DNA of 64,000 nt from Vairimorpha necatrix (Eukaryota). This document shows, one piece after another, positions 1 to 13,600 of the stretch. The notes under the pieces were generated by a model. The model was given only the letters and a program-made list of their open reading frames with translations, was not told where the DNA came from and made no database searches. Position numbers and translations under genes: made by a program. The stretch lies in NCBI GenBank assembly GCA_036630325.1, contig CP142731.1, positions 930,001 through 994,000 of the forward strand. The letters are read 5' to 3'. Position 1 is the first letter of the stretch. Every line of letters begins with the position of its first letter.

Positions 1-433
1 TATATATAGAATATGTACGGTTTACTAAGAGATTGACAATAGTTTGCATCTATTTACATAGTTCTAAGTTGATACGGCGGTTAAATTAATTTCCTACAAT
101 TATTTTCTTTTCATTAATATTTTCTACGTGCATATATCAGGATTTTTAGGCATTAATTTACTGTAATCTGTGTCCTAGTGTCTTTCTTAATTTCTACATT
201 TTAATAACAATAAATAAGCATCAATAAATTTATCTTTCGGCCGTAAATGCATCATTTAATTTTGTAATAGGGACAATCAACTAATAAAAAATATGTATAT
301 GGTATTAGTAACCAATAATTTTGGATTCTGTACTAAAAAATCGTCAAAATTACGAATTAAAACCAAGGTGGTATTTAAATATAAAGAACAAAAAAATATT
401 TATAATAAAACAATTTTTAACAGGATAGCTTTA

Positions 434-751
434 TTAACCTCTAAGCGCGTCTTTTATTGTTGATCCTTTTTTGTAGAACCTAAAGGAATTGCATTTATGC
501 AAGTGGTATGACATTTCAAGGTCGTAAAGTTCTTTTTTAAATTCTTCAGTTTGTTTTATTTTTTCGCCTATAGGAAGAATGTACTTTTTTTTTGATGCGA
601 CAAATCTCAATGGAATTGCTATTAAACATAGAAAAAGTGTTATTAATACAAAAAAGGGAAAGTAACGCACGACAAAACTATTATTAAGGAAATTTTTAAA
701 TATTTCATAAATTAAATCTGATGGTAAATAATCAGTTGAAATATTGCTCAT
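434..751 (-). CDS. Hypothetical 105-aa protein with one predicted transmembrane segment
   Basis: ORF preceded by CCCCTTTAT-ATG (microsporidian CCC motif); hydrophobic stretch YFPFFVLITLFLCLIAIPL. Confidence 0.6.
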   Translation of the reverse strand: MSNISTDYLPSDLIYEIFKNFLNNSFVVRYFPFFVLITLFLCLIAIPLRFVASKKKYILPIGEKIKQTEEFKKELYDLEMSYHLHKCNSFRFYKKGSTIKDALRG

Positions 752-1160
752 ATAAAGGGGATCAATTATAAAAATATATATAATAGTTGTATACTAGATT
801 AACAACTTTAAAAGATCACAGACATCTATATAATCGTAAAATATAATCTTTTTGAAATTGATTTTCTTAATTTATTTAATTTCGTACATCTTTAGAAATG
901 TAAAAAATGATAAAATTTCAAAACTTCGATGACGTCACGAACCTGGAAATATATATTGAATATAAAAATGCAAATAGTTTAACTTTCACATTATGAGGAA
1001 TTTATAGGGCAGATGAAAAACAAAATTATTGCATTATATAAAACTAAGTGGAAAGATTTTTATAAACACTGTTCTCGGAAAAAAATATTTTCGATGTTCA
1101 TTTAATACATTCTAAATCAACAATATATAATTTTTTTGGGTATAATATTCGGCTTATTAA

Positions 1161-1990
1161 TTACTTTTCACAAGATACGCTTACAGTCTCATCTGGCAGT
1201 TCCAGGACTTCCTTCTGAGATTCACTCATTGGGCTCTCGAAGACCCCTTCCTGATCTGTATCAAGCCCATGTCTGGCTGACATAGTTAGGCTTTCTAAAG
1301 TCATTTTAAAGACTCTTGACTGTATATATGCTTCCGTTCTGGGTTCTAATCTGAGCACTTTGATATGCGTACGGTGAAAATTAGTTACTATTCAATCCCA
1401 CGTCATCACATAAAAAATAATTTTCGGCTTGTATTTGTAGAGAGAAGCCACATGATTTGCGAGCAAGTCGTATTTATTGTTCTTTTCTGTTTCTACTGCA
1501 TGGAGGTTGTTAAAACTAAGTGAATCCAACTTATACAACGATCACTTCTTTCCTCAACTTGTCTATAATTAGTATATCAGGCTTGTTATACTTTATTTTA
1601 ATACTTGAATGTATCCTACTGTCGACTCGTATCTCAACATACTCATTAGCTACACGTTCCTGGACTGAATGATTTCTAATTCTTTTGGCATGGGATAGAC
1701 CATACGTCTTACACAACTGCAGGCGGATGCATCGCAGTGCCTCAATGTGCCGTCTCATGTAATCATGTGAAAGCATACGATCACATTGGGTGGCCATATG
1801 ATCTACTGTCTTTGCATATTCATGGCAGTGTGGGCATTTTATCTGTTTCTCTAAGAAAATATTTCGGTCCTGTAATGCACATAAATTGCCTTTCTCTCTC
1901 GGGCTTATATTTCCTTTTGTAGCCACGTGGCAGCCTGTTTTATATCAATAAGTGGATCGTCTCTTGGTCTAAATAGCTTTGAATGGTTTG
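1161..1990 (-). mobile_element. Degenerate, 5'-truncated non-LTR retrotransposon of the restriction-like endonuclease (RLE) type; 3' end
   Basis: CPHC..TVDHMATQC zinc knuckle, RH motif, KPDILIID..(E) RLE core and EAYIQS..KMTLES tail, broken by frameshifts and stops. Confidence 0.85.
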
Positions 1991-3486
1991 TTTATAACAC
2001 GTATATTATATTTTATACTAAAAGAATAAAATCACAGAATTTTGAAAGGCTTTTCTTACTCTATAATAAAACATACACAAAATGATCCTAACTTTTTATT
2101 TATATACGTTAACATATAGATGTTGAAAGAAGAATTAATAGTTTAATTGCACAACATCGGGCAAATTAAGTCGACAAATATATTGTTGCATTCGAAAGAT
2201 GACTGTGCCAGTTACAAACTTAATAATTGTAGATCCAAAGGAAATTTTAATTATTGTGTTTGCAACTTAAATTTTCCAAATGTTACGAGCCAAAAGAATA
2301 ACATGCCACAATTAAACATTTTATTATCCTTTGATTTTGATTCTCTTTATGTTAGTTGTTACATGTTTTAAAATGCTGAATAATTTAGATTTATTAAGCA
2401 TTACTCGATAATTGTAATCTATATTTTTTTAGTTTTTTTCTTAGGATTTTGCAAATTTTTTCATTGAGTTGTTTTTTATACACTAAACTACTGTCGATCT
2501 AATTCCCTTGGTTCATTCTAACCTTATGAATATTTATTTTTACTTTCAAGAATATTTATGGCGATTAACAATTTTCATCTTAAGTAATAAAAACCACCAC
2601 TTTGTTTGAATATAATACAAAGTGCAAGCTATCTAATCTATATTTAATCAGCTTCAAGTATATAATACGAATTATGGTAACTTACTTTTAATACAGGATA
2701 AAATTAGAAAATATTGAATCAAAATATGATTTAATTTAAATCGTACTTATAAAATCGAATTCTTAGTGGTGCAATTTGCAATTTTTCATTTGTCTCTTGG
2801 TAAAGCTGACTTTAAGCAATATGAACCCGGCCAATAATTACGTATATTAAGTAACTAAGGTTTCTCGAAAAAAACATTTAATGGGCTTAAAATTTTTTTA
2901 AACATAGTGTTTTTAAAATTTACTAAATAAAAGGCTTTGTGTACTTTAATCGTTCAAATATTAATTTTTGATTTAATTCTCACTTAAATAATAATAGTGG
3001 TTTAGTATTTAATTTCATTACATATTTAAATTAGAGAAAGAAAAAATTCTTTTTAGTAATTAAAGTTTACTTCTGCCAAAAAGAATACAATTGCAATGTA
3101 AGCTTTGATTAATAAATAAATTTTTTTTAAAAAAATATTATACAAAGATGTTAAGTACTGCATAGAAGATCATTGAGGAAGTATAAACTCGCCAAAAGGA
3201 ATTCCTTTGGGCCCCGATCCCGATCTTTGCTTCTATTTTCTAACATTCCAGCGAATGCATTCAAAATTTTTCTTATTGTATATGAGATGCCTTTATCATT
3301 TTTAGAACTTATTTAGTGATTTTATAACAAACATACACAAAGAAATTAGGCAAAATACTAAAAGACCCATCGTGCTTGGCATATTAATTTTTTTACCCAC
3401 AAAAAATAATTTACAGGCGCAGGAGAAAGACCAAGAGTTCTAACCCCTTTTAACAAAAAAAATTAATAATCAATAATATTATAACG

Positions 3487-4348
3487 ATGTTTAAGGAAAC
3501 AATCAGGCTAGATCCGAAGCAATTTACTGCTTCCTACAGGATAGAAATATCTTCTGTGGACAAGAGGGACAATGTCCCCATTTTGGATCTCATAGGAAGA
3601 CCGTGGATCATTTAGCTACCAAGAGTGATCAAATGCTGTGTTTTAATTATATAAAAAGACACAACGAGGTAGTTAGATGCATTCATCTCTTACTATGTAT
3701 TAAATATGGGTTAAGAAGACAAAGAAAATACGTGGATACTTAGTACAAGAGATCATGGAAAATGATCGTGCTGAAATAAGAGTAGATACGAGAATATCCA
3801 CTAATATAAAGGTAACCCATAATAAGCCTGATATTCTTGTTTTTGACAAGAAGAAGAAAGAAATTTTAATAGTTGAAGTCGGTATAACCAACCAGGATCG
3901 ACTTACTATAGTTGAGAATGAAAAACTAAGAAAATTTGACCTTCTTGCAAATGAACTGGGACTAATACATAAATCCCATACAAGAATAGTTCCTTATGTA
4001 ATGACATGGGATGGAGTGGTGACCAAATATCACAGAAAGTACATCAGGGAGCTAGAAATCCAACCCTACCTGGAAGCATATATCCAGTCTATTGTGATGA
4101 AGAAGACTCTAGAGTCCATCTCTTTGGAAAGACGACGAGGATACGATCAGGAGGATGCAGAAGAAGAAGTGGCTAGAGCTGTAAGCGCACTAGCGAATAT
4201 GGTGACCGTTAAAGAAGTGGTGTCGGCAAAGGGGAATGAAGCTGCTAAAGTGAAGTTGGAAAACATTAATAATTTCACAGAAACCAAAGTCTGTGAAGAG
4301 CTGAATCCCATGAGCGATACCGGGGAAAGCTGTGCTATGAATATCTAA
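3487..4348 (+). mobile_element. Degenerate, 5'-truncated RLE-type non-LTR retrotransposon; endonuclease ORF 3755-4348 still open
   Basis: Upstream LQDRNIF..QCPH..KTVDHLAT (broken); ORF contains HNKPDILVFD..IVEVG..KLRKF..PYVMTWDG. Confidence 0.88.
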
Positions 4349-5084
4349 TCTTAATGATAAATTAACTCAATAAATCTTTTATATTTATAACGATGCTATT
4401 TGATAAGATAATCGAGGAATTTTTTTTTGTATACCATCTTATAAATATTTAAAATTTAGAATGTATGATATATGTTATAATGTCATAATTTTATCTCATT
4501 GTTTTATACTTTCCTAAGTAATGTATAATTTATTGTTAATTTCATTATTGATAAGATTTCAAAGTTCCAATGCTTGATGGATTATTACAGGAATTTTAGT
4601 TTATTTTAAAGAAAGAAAATAACGTAAATCTATTTCTAAAATACGAAAGCATAGAAAATTATAAAGCTTATGTTTAGAATTGCTAGTAATAATCACATTA
4701 AAATTATGTTTTACTTGCACATGGTAATTTTGTATTTTTAATATTAAAAGTGGTTGGTAATTCTTGCTCCTCCTTTTTTTGCATTCATTTTAGGGTTTAG
4801 AAAATTATAAACAAAGGTTCGACGATTGTTGGAAGTTTGTATTTACTAAATAAAAGACTTTGGTAATTCTTACCAGACTATAACATTTGGAAAGATACAC
4901 CCAGAGCTGGGGAAAATGGATTAGAATTTTGCTCATAAAATTCTTTTTTGGGTTAATTTTCATGTCCATCTTCTTTTCTTAACAATATAAATGTAGTAAT
5001 CAATTTTTGGCCTTAGTTTCACTCTCCAATTTACAATTGTAGTTTTCTTTTGGGGTTTATTTTTTTTACTAAAATATGTAGCCC

Positions 5085-6338
5085 ATGGTAAATCTAAATA
5101 TTATAATAGACTACATAAGAAAATTATCACAAGATGACAAAGACACGCTTTACTCATCTCAAATATTCACAGTTTCAATACTTAAGATATTTGATGATTC
5201 TACTATAAGACTAATATTTGATTTATTACTGACGGCCCCATCAATAAAATCTCTACAGAAAAATGAAGAAATCAAAAATTCTCTTAAAATTTTATTGCGT
5301 CTTCAACTTATAGTCAAAAGAGGGGCTAATATTTATCTTAATGATAAATTTAGAGATTCTTTTTTCCAAGGTATAGAAAATCCAAATATTAAAGAATATT
5401 TTGAGAAAGTTGAGAAAATATCAAATAATGACTTAATTTTTGATTGTAATAAATTTGATGATATTTTAAATTTTTTAGTTAGCAAAGAAAATATAAATTT
5501 AAATAATAACATTATAGATGTTTTAATACAGAGTAAACTTATAAATGATCATAAAGACATTACAAATAATGGATTTGAATTTCTACTTAAGCCAAAATAT
5601 GAACAATATTGGTATCTGGTAATTTCTGCCTTAAAATATTATTGTAACGATGAAAAAAAGCAGATAAAAAATTTTATGAGTCTAATGGAACTTTCAAATT
5701 TATCATCAGAATTTGTTTATAAATTTATAAACCAAGTCGATAAAAATTTTTATACATTTTTAAATGAACTAGGTATCATTTATTCAATATCTGAAAAATT
5801 TTTAAAACAAGATAAATTTGTTCTAGAAAATCTTTTTGTGATAAAACATAATTTGTTTGTGAAACATGACACAGAAAAATCAAGATATATTTTAATAGAG
5901 ACAAATTTCAAAGTATACGCTTATACATCTTCAACATATGAGAAGTCTATAATTCAATTATTTACAGAAATACATCAAACACTACCAAATCTAATAAAAG
6001 GCAATTTGACCGAAGAAAGTTTATCAAATGCCTTTTCAAAAGGAGTGACTAGTCAACAAATTATAAATTTTATAAAAACTTATTCTTTATTTGGAGATAT
6101 ACCTGATACAGTCATAAATCAAATAGAAATTTGGGAGTCAAAGCGAAAAAGAATAAAAATTTTACCAGGATATTTATATTCAAATTTTTTAAATTTGGTA
6201 GATTATCAGAAATTCGTGAAATTTTGTGCATCAAAAGATTGTATAATTGATAGAGACGATGAAAGAAGAATGGTCATTATAAAAACAGAATATAATGAAA
6301 TAGTAAAAGAATATACAAAAAAACAAATTAGCAAATAA
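5085..6338 (+). CDS. TFB2: TFIIH subunit Tfb2/p52 (GTF2H4)
   Basis: ITNNGFEFLL, ILIETNFKVYAYTSS, GVTSQQIINF, PDTVINQIEIWE..R and GYLYSNF motifs; GCCC immediately before ATG. Confidence 0.93.
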   Translation: MVNLNIIIDYIRKLSQDDKDTLYSSQIFTVSILKIFDDSTIRLIFDLLLTAPSIKSLQKNEEIKNSLKILLRLQLIVKRGANIYLNDKFRDSFFQGIENPNIKEYFEKVEKISNNDLIFDCNKFDDILNFLVSKENINLNNNIIDVLIQSKLINDHKDITNNGFEFLLKPKYEQYWYLVISALKYYCNDEKKQIKNFMSLMELSNLSSEFVYKFINQVDKNFYTFLNELGIIYSISEKFLKQDKFVLENLFVIKHNLFVKHDTEKSRYILIETNFKVYAYTSSTYEKSIIQLFTEIHQTLPNLIKGNLTEESLSNAFSKGVTSQQIINFIKTYSLFGDIPDTVINQIEIWESKRKRIKILPGYLYSNFLNLVDYQKFVKFCASKDCIIDRDDERRMVIIKTEYNEIVKEYTKKQISK

Positions 6339-6825
6339 AACATTTAAAATTCTTTAAAAACATTATAATTTGATATGAAATCGATATAAAGTATATTTTT
6401 TTATTTAGGTTTTTTCTTAAACTTCGTTGCATTGCTCCATCAAAATACAGGTTTTTTTTTTGTAATAACTCACTAATTTTCTTTCCCAATAAAATCTCAA
6501 ATGCACTCAAGGATTTTTATGAGAAATTAATAAAAGTGTGGATTGAAGATTTGTTTTTTTTATATGTCAAGGAAAGGATCTCCAGAGGTCCTAAAATTGT
6601 CCTGGAGACCAGAGAATATTATTTTATAAGTTTTCTCCTCCTTTCCGACAGTCATAAAAAAATTCATGCCCAAAACTTATGAAGGATTATAAAAAACATA
6701 GTTTTAAACATTCTTGGCTTGTGAGAAACAGACAGGCCACAAATAACATACAAAAAAATGCATTAAAAACTTATTAATGCTTCAATTTTATAGGAAATTT
6801 ATCATATTAAAACAATTTTATTTTT

Positions 6826-7324
6826 TTATTTAACTTTTGATCTGTTATTCTTATCTTTATTTATTACATTGTATTTACTAAAATATTTTCTAACTTCAAA
6901 TGACAATTTACACCCATTCCCTAATAATTCTATAGCTTCATTTGTTTTATTTTAATCAGTACGAAATAAGCCTTCAATTCTGCTTCTTCTCGATTAGAAA
7001 TCAGAGATTTACTATAATATATTCCATTTTCAGTTTCTAATTCAAACAAATCTTCTTCTTCTATTTTTTTATATTTTTAATTTCTTCTTTTATAATTGGA
7101 ACTTTCAAATTTTTCGTCTGTTGACGCATTCTTTCCAGTAAGTCGGCTTGGTCTTTGATATTTATAACTCCTTCGACTTTATCAAAGCCTTCGAAATTTA
7201 GATTGTCTGGTTCATTTATATTAATAACTAATTGTTTATAATTAGAAGTTTGTAGATAAATGCTTGCCATGTACATGGAAAGATTATCTCCAATTAAAAT
7301 AATGTTATATTTGTTGCTATTCAT
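6826..7324 (-). pseudogene. Pseudogene copy A of the thioredoxin-reductase-like gene at 37333-37833
   Basis: Near-identical to 37333-37833 but with two 1-bp deletions (~7065, ~6978), an AAA>TAA nonsense change (~6954) and the CCC motif mutated to CCA. Confidence 0.88.
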
Positions 7325-9469
7325 AAATGGATAGAAAATTTACAAATTGATAAATTTTACAATTTCTGTATAAATCGACCAAAAATTATAAAACATCGAA
7401 AAAACAACATTTTTTACAATGAAAAGTCATAAAAGATTGTGCTTCGTAAATTGTAATAAGATTATATACGTGTTCTAGCACTATTTATTTTATTATATAT
7501 GAATGCCTTGTATCCAATGTTTTACTGATACTTTCATAAAAATCTCGACTTTTAAATTTTGTTCTCATTTATAGCTTCTCTTTTTAAATATACTCACTTG
7601 TGGCAGCGCAAAAATTTGTACGTTTATTTAATAAAAGCTGATACTTAATGTTGTTCTTATTTATTTGAATTAAATTGTTTGATTAGTACTTAAGCTCGCT
7701 TTTTTCGACTCATTTAACAATAAATGATCCGATCAACAGACAGAAAACGTTTTTTTCTGTTTTGCAGAGGTCCATAAAAAATGTTAAACGTTTATTTTTC
7801 CATAAAAACAACAGAATTTGTTAACTTTACACGTTTGAAGAAGCATGTCTTATCCGTTACTTAAATGCTTTTCATATAAACTAAACCTCAAAAAAGACCC
7901 TGTTGAAAAAAAAAATTATATTTTTGATGTACACAACAACTTCTATAAAATTATAAATCTCTTACCGTCATGATTATTCATTCTTATGTTCATATATTAT
8001 TTTAAATAATTATACCGTATTAAGATGGTACTATTTTACTTAATTTATAAAAAGCCAATTTTTTTATATTAATAAATTCGGGGTTAGAAGAAAAAAATCT
8101 TTTTTTACACTATTTGATTCAACACCATGTTAGTAGATCTATTGGTCTTTAATACAATTGATTTTTTAAGTTTTATAAATTTTAACTATAATATTATATA
8201 ATTTCATTTTGCAAAATAATGGTCTTAATTAAAGATATCCATTATTTAGTTTTAAATTTTATTTTTTAAATTATAATGTGAATTATTTTTTTTGTCTCAA
8301 TAGAAAAAAAAGAGATATGAAGTTTCTTACAGTTTAAAATAACTATGTCATATTTTTTTATTAAACACCAATGTAAAAGTACATATAATATTTATGAATG
8401 CTGTATGCAAGTATGTCAACCCCTGTATAGTTTTTATTATAAATTGTAGATTTTAACAACATATTTTACCATTAACTATTCTTATTAATTTTTTATAATT
8501 AGAGTGTCGACATTGATATAGTTCGACATCTATAATTCTTTAATATGTGTTTATATACTGAACATATAGTTTAATCATTTAATGAATCTTGTATTTTTTG
8601 GTATTATAAAGTTGTGTTACAATATTTTTATATTATACATTTTTTTTTCCATTATTTGGAGACAAGGGGGGGGGTTGCTATTTTTATACATTCTAAATCA
8701 ATGAACGCCCAATAGGTATAAAAGGTATTTTTGCTAAACGTAGTACACAAGAAAACATTTCGGTGAGTAAATAACACATGAAAATGGTTTTACAAATAGT
8801 AAGATGAATATTGTTTTTGTTCCTGTTTTGTCTCTGTTCCTTATTGTCTTTTTGTTATATTGACCCTTCCAAATGAAAATTCAATTTTTTATAAAAATGA
8901 GAAAATTGACACTATGTAGAGATACAGCCTAAAACAGGAAAAAATCATGAATTCAGATTAGTTATAGCATCGAAACTTGGTTAGAATTACATTGTACGAA
9001 TTATAAAAGTTTAATAAAATTTTTAAAAATATATTACATTTATTACGTATCCTTTAATCTTGATAATAGAAAAATTTATTTTAGTATCCAAATTAAATAC
9101 ATTTTAACCAGAAAAGCGTCTACCATAAAATATAGAGGAACTAACTAATTAACAAAAAAATTAGTTAACATGAAGTGGAAATCTATGTAGCGGGGGGAAA
9201 GTAAAATTAAATCTAGTTGGAAATAATGATTTAAATAAATCGCTACCGATACATCCAAATGCGTTCATCTTATTTTTATTGTAGGTCGATGGATTCGTAC
9301 ATGTAGAAAAATGCACGTAAAATACAACAATAGAGGCCCTGCAAAAATTTTCTAAATCGATAAAGTGACAGATGTACAACTTGAGCTATTCTTGTTCAAG
9401 AAAAACACACTTCTATATTTAGCAACAATACACGAGGTTTATAAAGATAAACCAAAGAAAAAGCGTAGT

Positions 9470-10010
9470 CTGTAAGCAAAACAATATAGGTAATAATTAT
9501 AATAGAAGTACGAACAAGGTGCCTACATTGCCACAAAGCTTCAAAGAAAAATATGGCTACCCGATGTGATCGTATACTTGTACATGTTTAAAGGCGTCGA
9601 AATGAGGCACTGCATTTGTCCACAGTTTGTAAGACGTATGGATTGCCCATTATAGAATTAGAACTTTTAGGCTTACAATTGTATAGCTAACAAGCATGTT
9701 GGTGCATGTGTATCAGTAGATATCCTCGATTATTAAATAAAGCATAATAAGCTGAGCATACTAATTTTGTATAAAAATAAAAAAGGAATAAATATTGTAG
9801 TGGTATAAATTACAATTTACCAAAACTCCCTTGGTTAGATAAAAAAGAATAGATTTACGTTTGATAGCGAACAATATAGCTTCTTATGGTAAGAAAATTT
9901 AAGAATATTATAACTAGAATTTCTTTGCTGGCAATAGAACTAAGTTTACCGCCCACGCCACCTCAGATCTTTGATTAGAACACGTATGTAAGCATATATA
10001 TAAATATAGA
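9470..10010 (+). mobile_element. Heavily decayed RLE-type non-LTR retrotransposon fragment
   Basis: CLHCHKA..MATRCDRIL..CKTYGL, homologous to the reverse complement of 1161-1926. Confidence 0.7.
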
Positions 10011-10049
10011 TAGACAAATATCTTAAAACAATAGCAACAAGCTAACTGA

Positions 10050-10230
10050 GGTATGATCTCTAACTGATTTTTGTTCGCAAAGATAACTATAAAAAAACAA
10101 ATAAGAGTATGTTGAGAGAATTTAAGAGTTAGACACTAGAGAAGCATGCGTTTCGCAAAAAGATTTAGAAAACTATGATCTAAAACAGCCAAACTTTACA
10201 AAACCTTTCTTATAATCTAGTTATTTCAGA
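10050..10230 (+). mobile_element. Possible Ty3/gypsy RT-connection/RNase H relic
   Basis: LKQPNFTKPFL resembles the gypsy L..PDF.KPF.L motif; otherwise decayed. Confidence 0.35.
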
Positions 10231-10344
10231 TCTTATCACGAACAATTACTTAATCTTGGAATAGAAGATAAGAATATTTTTTTAGCATTTTTGTCTTTTT
10301 AAGGTTGTTAAATAAATTTAGTCGATTTAATGAATCAAACTAGA

Positions 10345-10595
10345 TTTATATTACATAATTTTTATATTACATAATTTTTATATTACATAATTTTTATATT
10401 ACATAATTTTTATATTACATAATTTTTATATTACATAATTTTTATATTACATAATTTTTATATTACATAATTTTTATATTACATAATTTTTATATTACAT
10501 AATTTTTATATTACATAATTTTTATATTACATAATTTTTATATTACATAATTTTTATATTACATAATTTTTATATTACATAATTTTTATATTACA
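10345..10595. repeat. Minisatellite of the 16-bp unit TTACATAATTTTTATA: 15 perfect copies (10351-10590) plus partial units
   Basis: Read directly; the array continues at 13771-13803 on the other side of the LTR element. Confidence 0.97.
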
Positions 10596-10643
10596 TGTAT
10601 TTATTTATCATAATGAGGGTAAAAATTATCAAAATATATAACA
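10596..10643 (-). repeat. 3' LTR (48 bp)
   Basis: Identical (48/48) to 13723-13770; minus strand TGTTATATATTTTGATAATTTTTACCCTCATTATGATAAATAAATACA. Confidence 0.95.
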
Positions 10644-10653
10644 TCCCCCCTCC
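10644..10653 (-). other. Polypurine tract (GGAGGGGGGA)
   Basis: Purine run directly abutting the TG of the 3' LTR on the minus strand. Confidence 0.9.
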
Positions 10654-10666
10654 AAGACGGTTAGTC

Positions 10667-13600
10667 TCACTTTATCCTTAACCCAAGCAGACTTTTTAGA
10701 TCATAGTGCCTTTTCTTTACATATCTTCCATTTACTAACTTAACTATATAAGAATCATTGCCACATCTCTCTATAATTTTCCCACTCTCTAAAAACCTAC
10801 CTTTCGAATATTTATCCGCACCTTTCAAGTTTTCCTTCTTAGCTACTCTCACGTACTCACCTACTTTAAATTTTTCCCGTTTCCCCCTGTTAAACAGTTT
10901 TCCATATTTCCCCTGTGGGCTATTTTCAATCATTACATGTCCAGTTTTATCCTCTGTCGCTTCTATTGGTGTACATTTTAGTGCCGTGTGGTAACTCATA
11001 TTATATTTTTCAATGCTTCCCATGACCTTCTCTGCAAATGTACCTTCTTTAGTCTTCAGAATGCTCTCTCGCAGCGTACCTATAACCCTCTCGACTCTGC
11101 CATTACTCCTGTGTGATTCGACACTTACTTTCCTATGTTTAATTTCTAGTCTGTTACACAACTCTCTAAACCCCTCATTGATAAATTCTCGCCCATTATC
11201 CGTTATAATCTCTTCGGGCTTTTTTCCTTGTTCACACAACTTACTTAAAAATTCAGTCACATTCTTTCCAGTCTTGTTCTCCATTACCGTGCCCCATACT
11301 CTTCGAGTGTAATAATCTATCGCAACCAATACGTATTTACCTGCGTCTCTAAAATCAATGAGATCCAAAGCAACCTTTTCTAAATAACGTGTAGTATCTA
11401 CAAACTCACATCCACCGAGTCTTTTTCTATTATATATTTGACATTGTACACACTTTCGAATTGTCTCATTTATGTCCTTCTTTATTCCGGGCCAATAAAA
11501 TCTTTCCCGCATCGCGTAATATACACTTGTCATACATCTATGTCCAACTTTTTCGTGGTATTCCTGCATCAAACTTTCCCTTGACTCTTCTGGTGGTATC
11601 TCGACTTTCCGTCCTGAATCAAATCTCCAATATTTTTTTCCTTCTGCGTCATCGACGTGCGCTTTCCATTTACCCTCTATCTGCTTGGCGGTCCTTTCTC
11701 TGATTTTCTTTTTCTTTTCATCGTCTTCCATATGTATCCTGCTTAACGCGTCAGCCACCACCATTTCTTCTGGTTTCTTATATTCTATGGTGAAGTCAAA
11801 TTCCTGGATCTTTTCAATCCATCTATTTATTCTATTGTTATTAAAACACGGTTTATTTCTAATCTCAACCAAGGCTTTATGGTCCGTCTCGATTTTAAAC
11901 TTCCTACCGCGCAACTCGTATTCAAATCTTTTTATCCCCCAAAATACCGCGTACATTTCTTTCTCCGATATAGTATATCTGGTCTCTGTAGGTGTTAACT
12001 TTTTTGAACTCCATTGGATTGCTACCCATTCATCTTTATCGTTCTTCTGAAGTAACACGGCTCCTATCCCTACATTGCTCGCGTCCGTTCTCAATATAAA
12101 TTCCTTCCTATAATCAGGCAATCTAAGTTTCCCCATCGCTCTCAAAACTTCTTTCAGCTCTAAAAACTCTCTATTCATTTCAACCGTCCATTCCCACTTC
12201 TTATCTTTACCTCTCAAGCTATCTGTCAGATGAATAGTTAATCCCGCGTAATTCTTTATAAAGTTCCTAAACCATCCTGTCATTCCTAGGAATCTTCGTG
12301 TTTCACTTACACTTGTCGGCTGCGGGAATTCCAACGCCTCGTTCTTCTTTATTTCATTCGCTTCAATATCTGTACCATTCAATGTGACTCCTAAGAGCTT
12401 AACTAACTGTTGGCTAAACTGTATCTTCTCAATATTCAATCTCATTTTATGTCTTTTTAATCTTTCCAATGCTTCTATAACTAGCTTGTCATGCCTTCTT
12501 TTAGTTCTAGCGTGTATAACGATGTCGTCCATATATACCTCCACTCCTTCTCCTTGTAAATCTTCAAATATTTGGTTCATTATTCGTTGTAAAATCTGAG
12601 GGGAATTTTTATATCCCATTACCATACTGTTCCATTCATATACCTTTCTGTTAAATTCAAAGTCCGTTTTGTGCTTATCCTCTTCTTCAATCTCTACGTG
12701 GTAAAAGCCTTCCTTCAGATCTATAACGGTAAACCATTTAGACCCCTGTGTGGCTCTAACGATGTCCCTAATATTTGACAACTCATACGGATCTTTTTCA
12801 ACTAAGTCATTTAAACTCATTAGATTACTTACAAGCCTTACTCCTCCGTTAGGTTTTACTATAGCTCTAATTGGGTTCCTCCACTCGGATGTTGATCTTC
12901 TTATAATCTTTCTTTCTTCCAAACTTTTTATATATTTTTCAGTTTTTTCCATCAACGCCTGTGGGATAGTTTGTCCTCTTTTAACTACTTTTTTCCCTGG
13001 TGGCGTCTCAATTTTACATTTCTCTATCTTACAGTGTACGATCTCTTCCTGCTGCAAGTCAAAAATTTCTCTAAACTTCGCTTTTATATCTTCAATGACA
13101 AGGCCCTCTTCTATTCTATCCTCTCTCATTCCTCTCCTTTTTGAATTTTGTTTACGTTTTGCTTCTCCGCATTTCCTATATTCTTGTGCGCTAAGTTCTG
13201 TGCTTGTAGATCCACTCTCTTCATGAACAATTAAATACTTGTTAAAATGTTTATTTTTATTATCTTCTTCTTTCCTCTTCCTTACGAAGCAATCTCTTGC
13301 CATGTGCCCAAATCTACCACAGTAAAAACAATCTCTACTTCTTACTCTCGTAGTTTCTTCCCTTATTTTTCCTAATGCTCCTCTATTTGCCAGCTCCTCT
13401 CGAACTGTTCCTCTAACCGACTCTGCAATTATTTCCATCATCTTACTTTTGTCTTCTTCTTCCTTCTTTTTTAATTCGTCCTTTCTAACCTCCTTTTCCA
13501 TTTCTTCAATAATTAAGGACCAACTATCTTCTTTTTTAATTCTTTCTACCATAAAGTTCTTTACTTCTTCCGAACCCATTTCATAAATTCTTGCCTTCCA

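Noticed and set aside
10345-10595. CRISPR-like or telomeric array
   Set aside because: The units abut with no spacers, there are no cas genes, and the context is eukaryotic; the repeat is not G-rich and is internal to the sequence
11610-11625. DSG triplet as a protease active site
   Set aside because: It lies between RNase H and integrase in a WRFDSGRK context with no surrounding protease fold
10758-13226. Six plus-strand ORFs of 71-158 aa
   Set aside because: Antisense shadows of the gag-pol ORF
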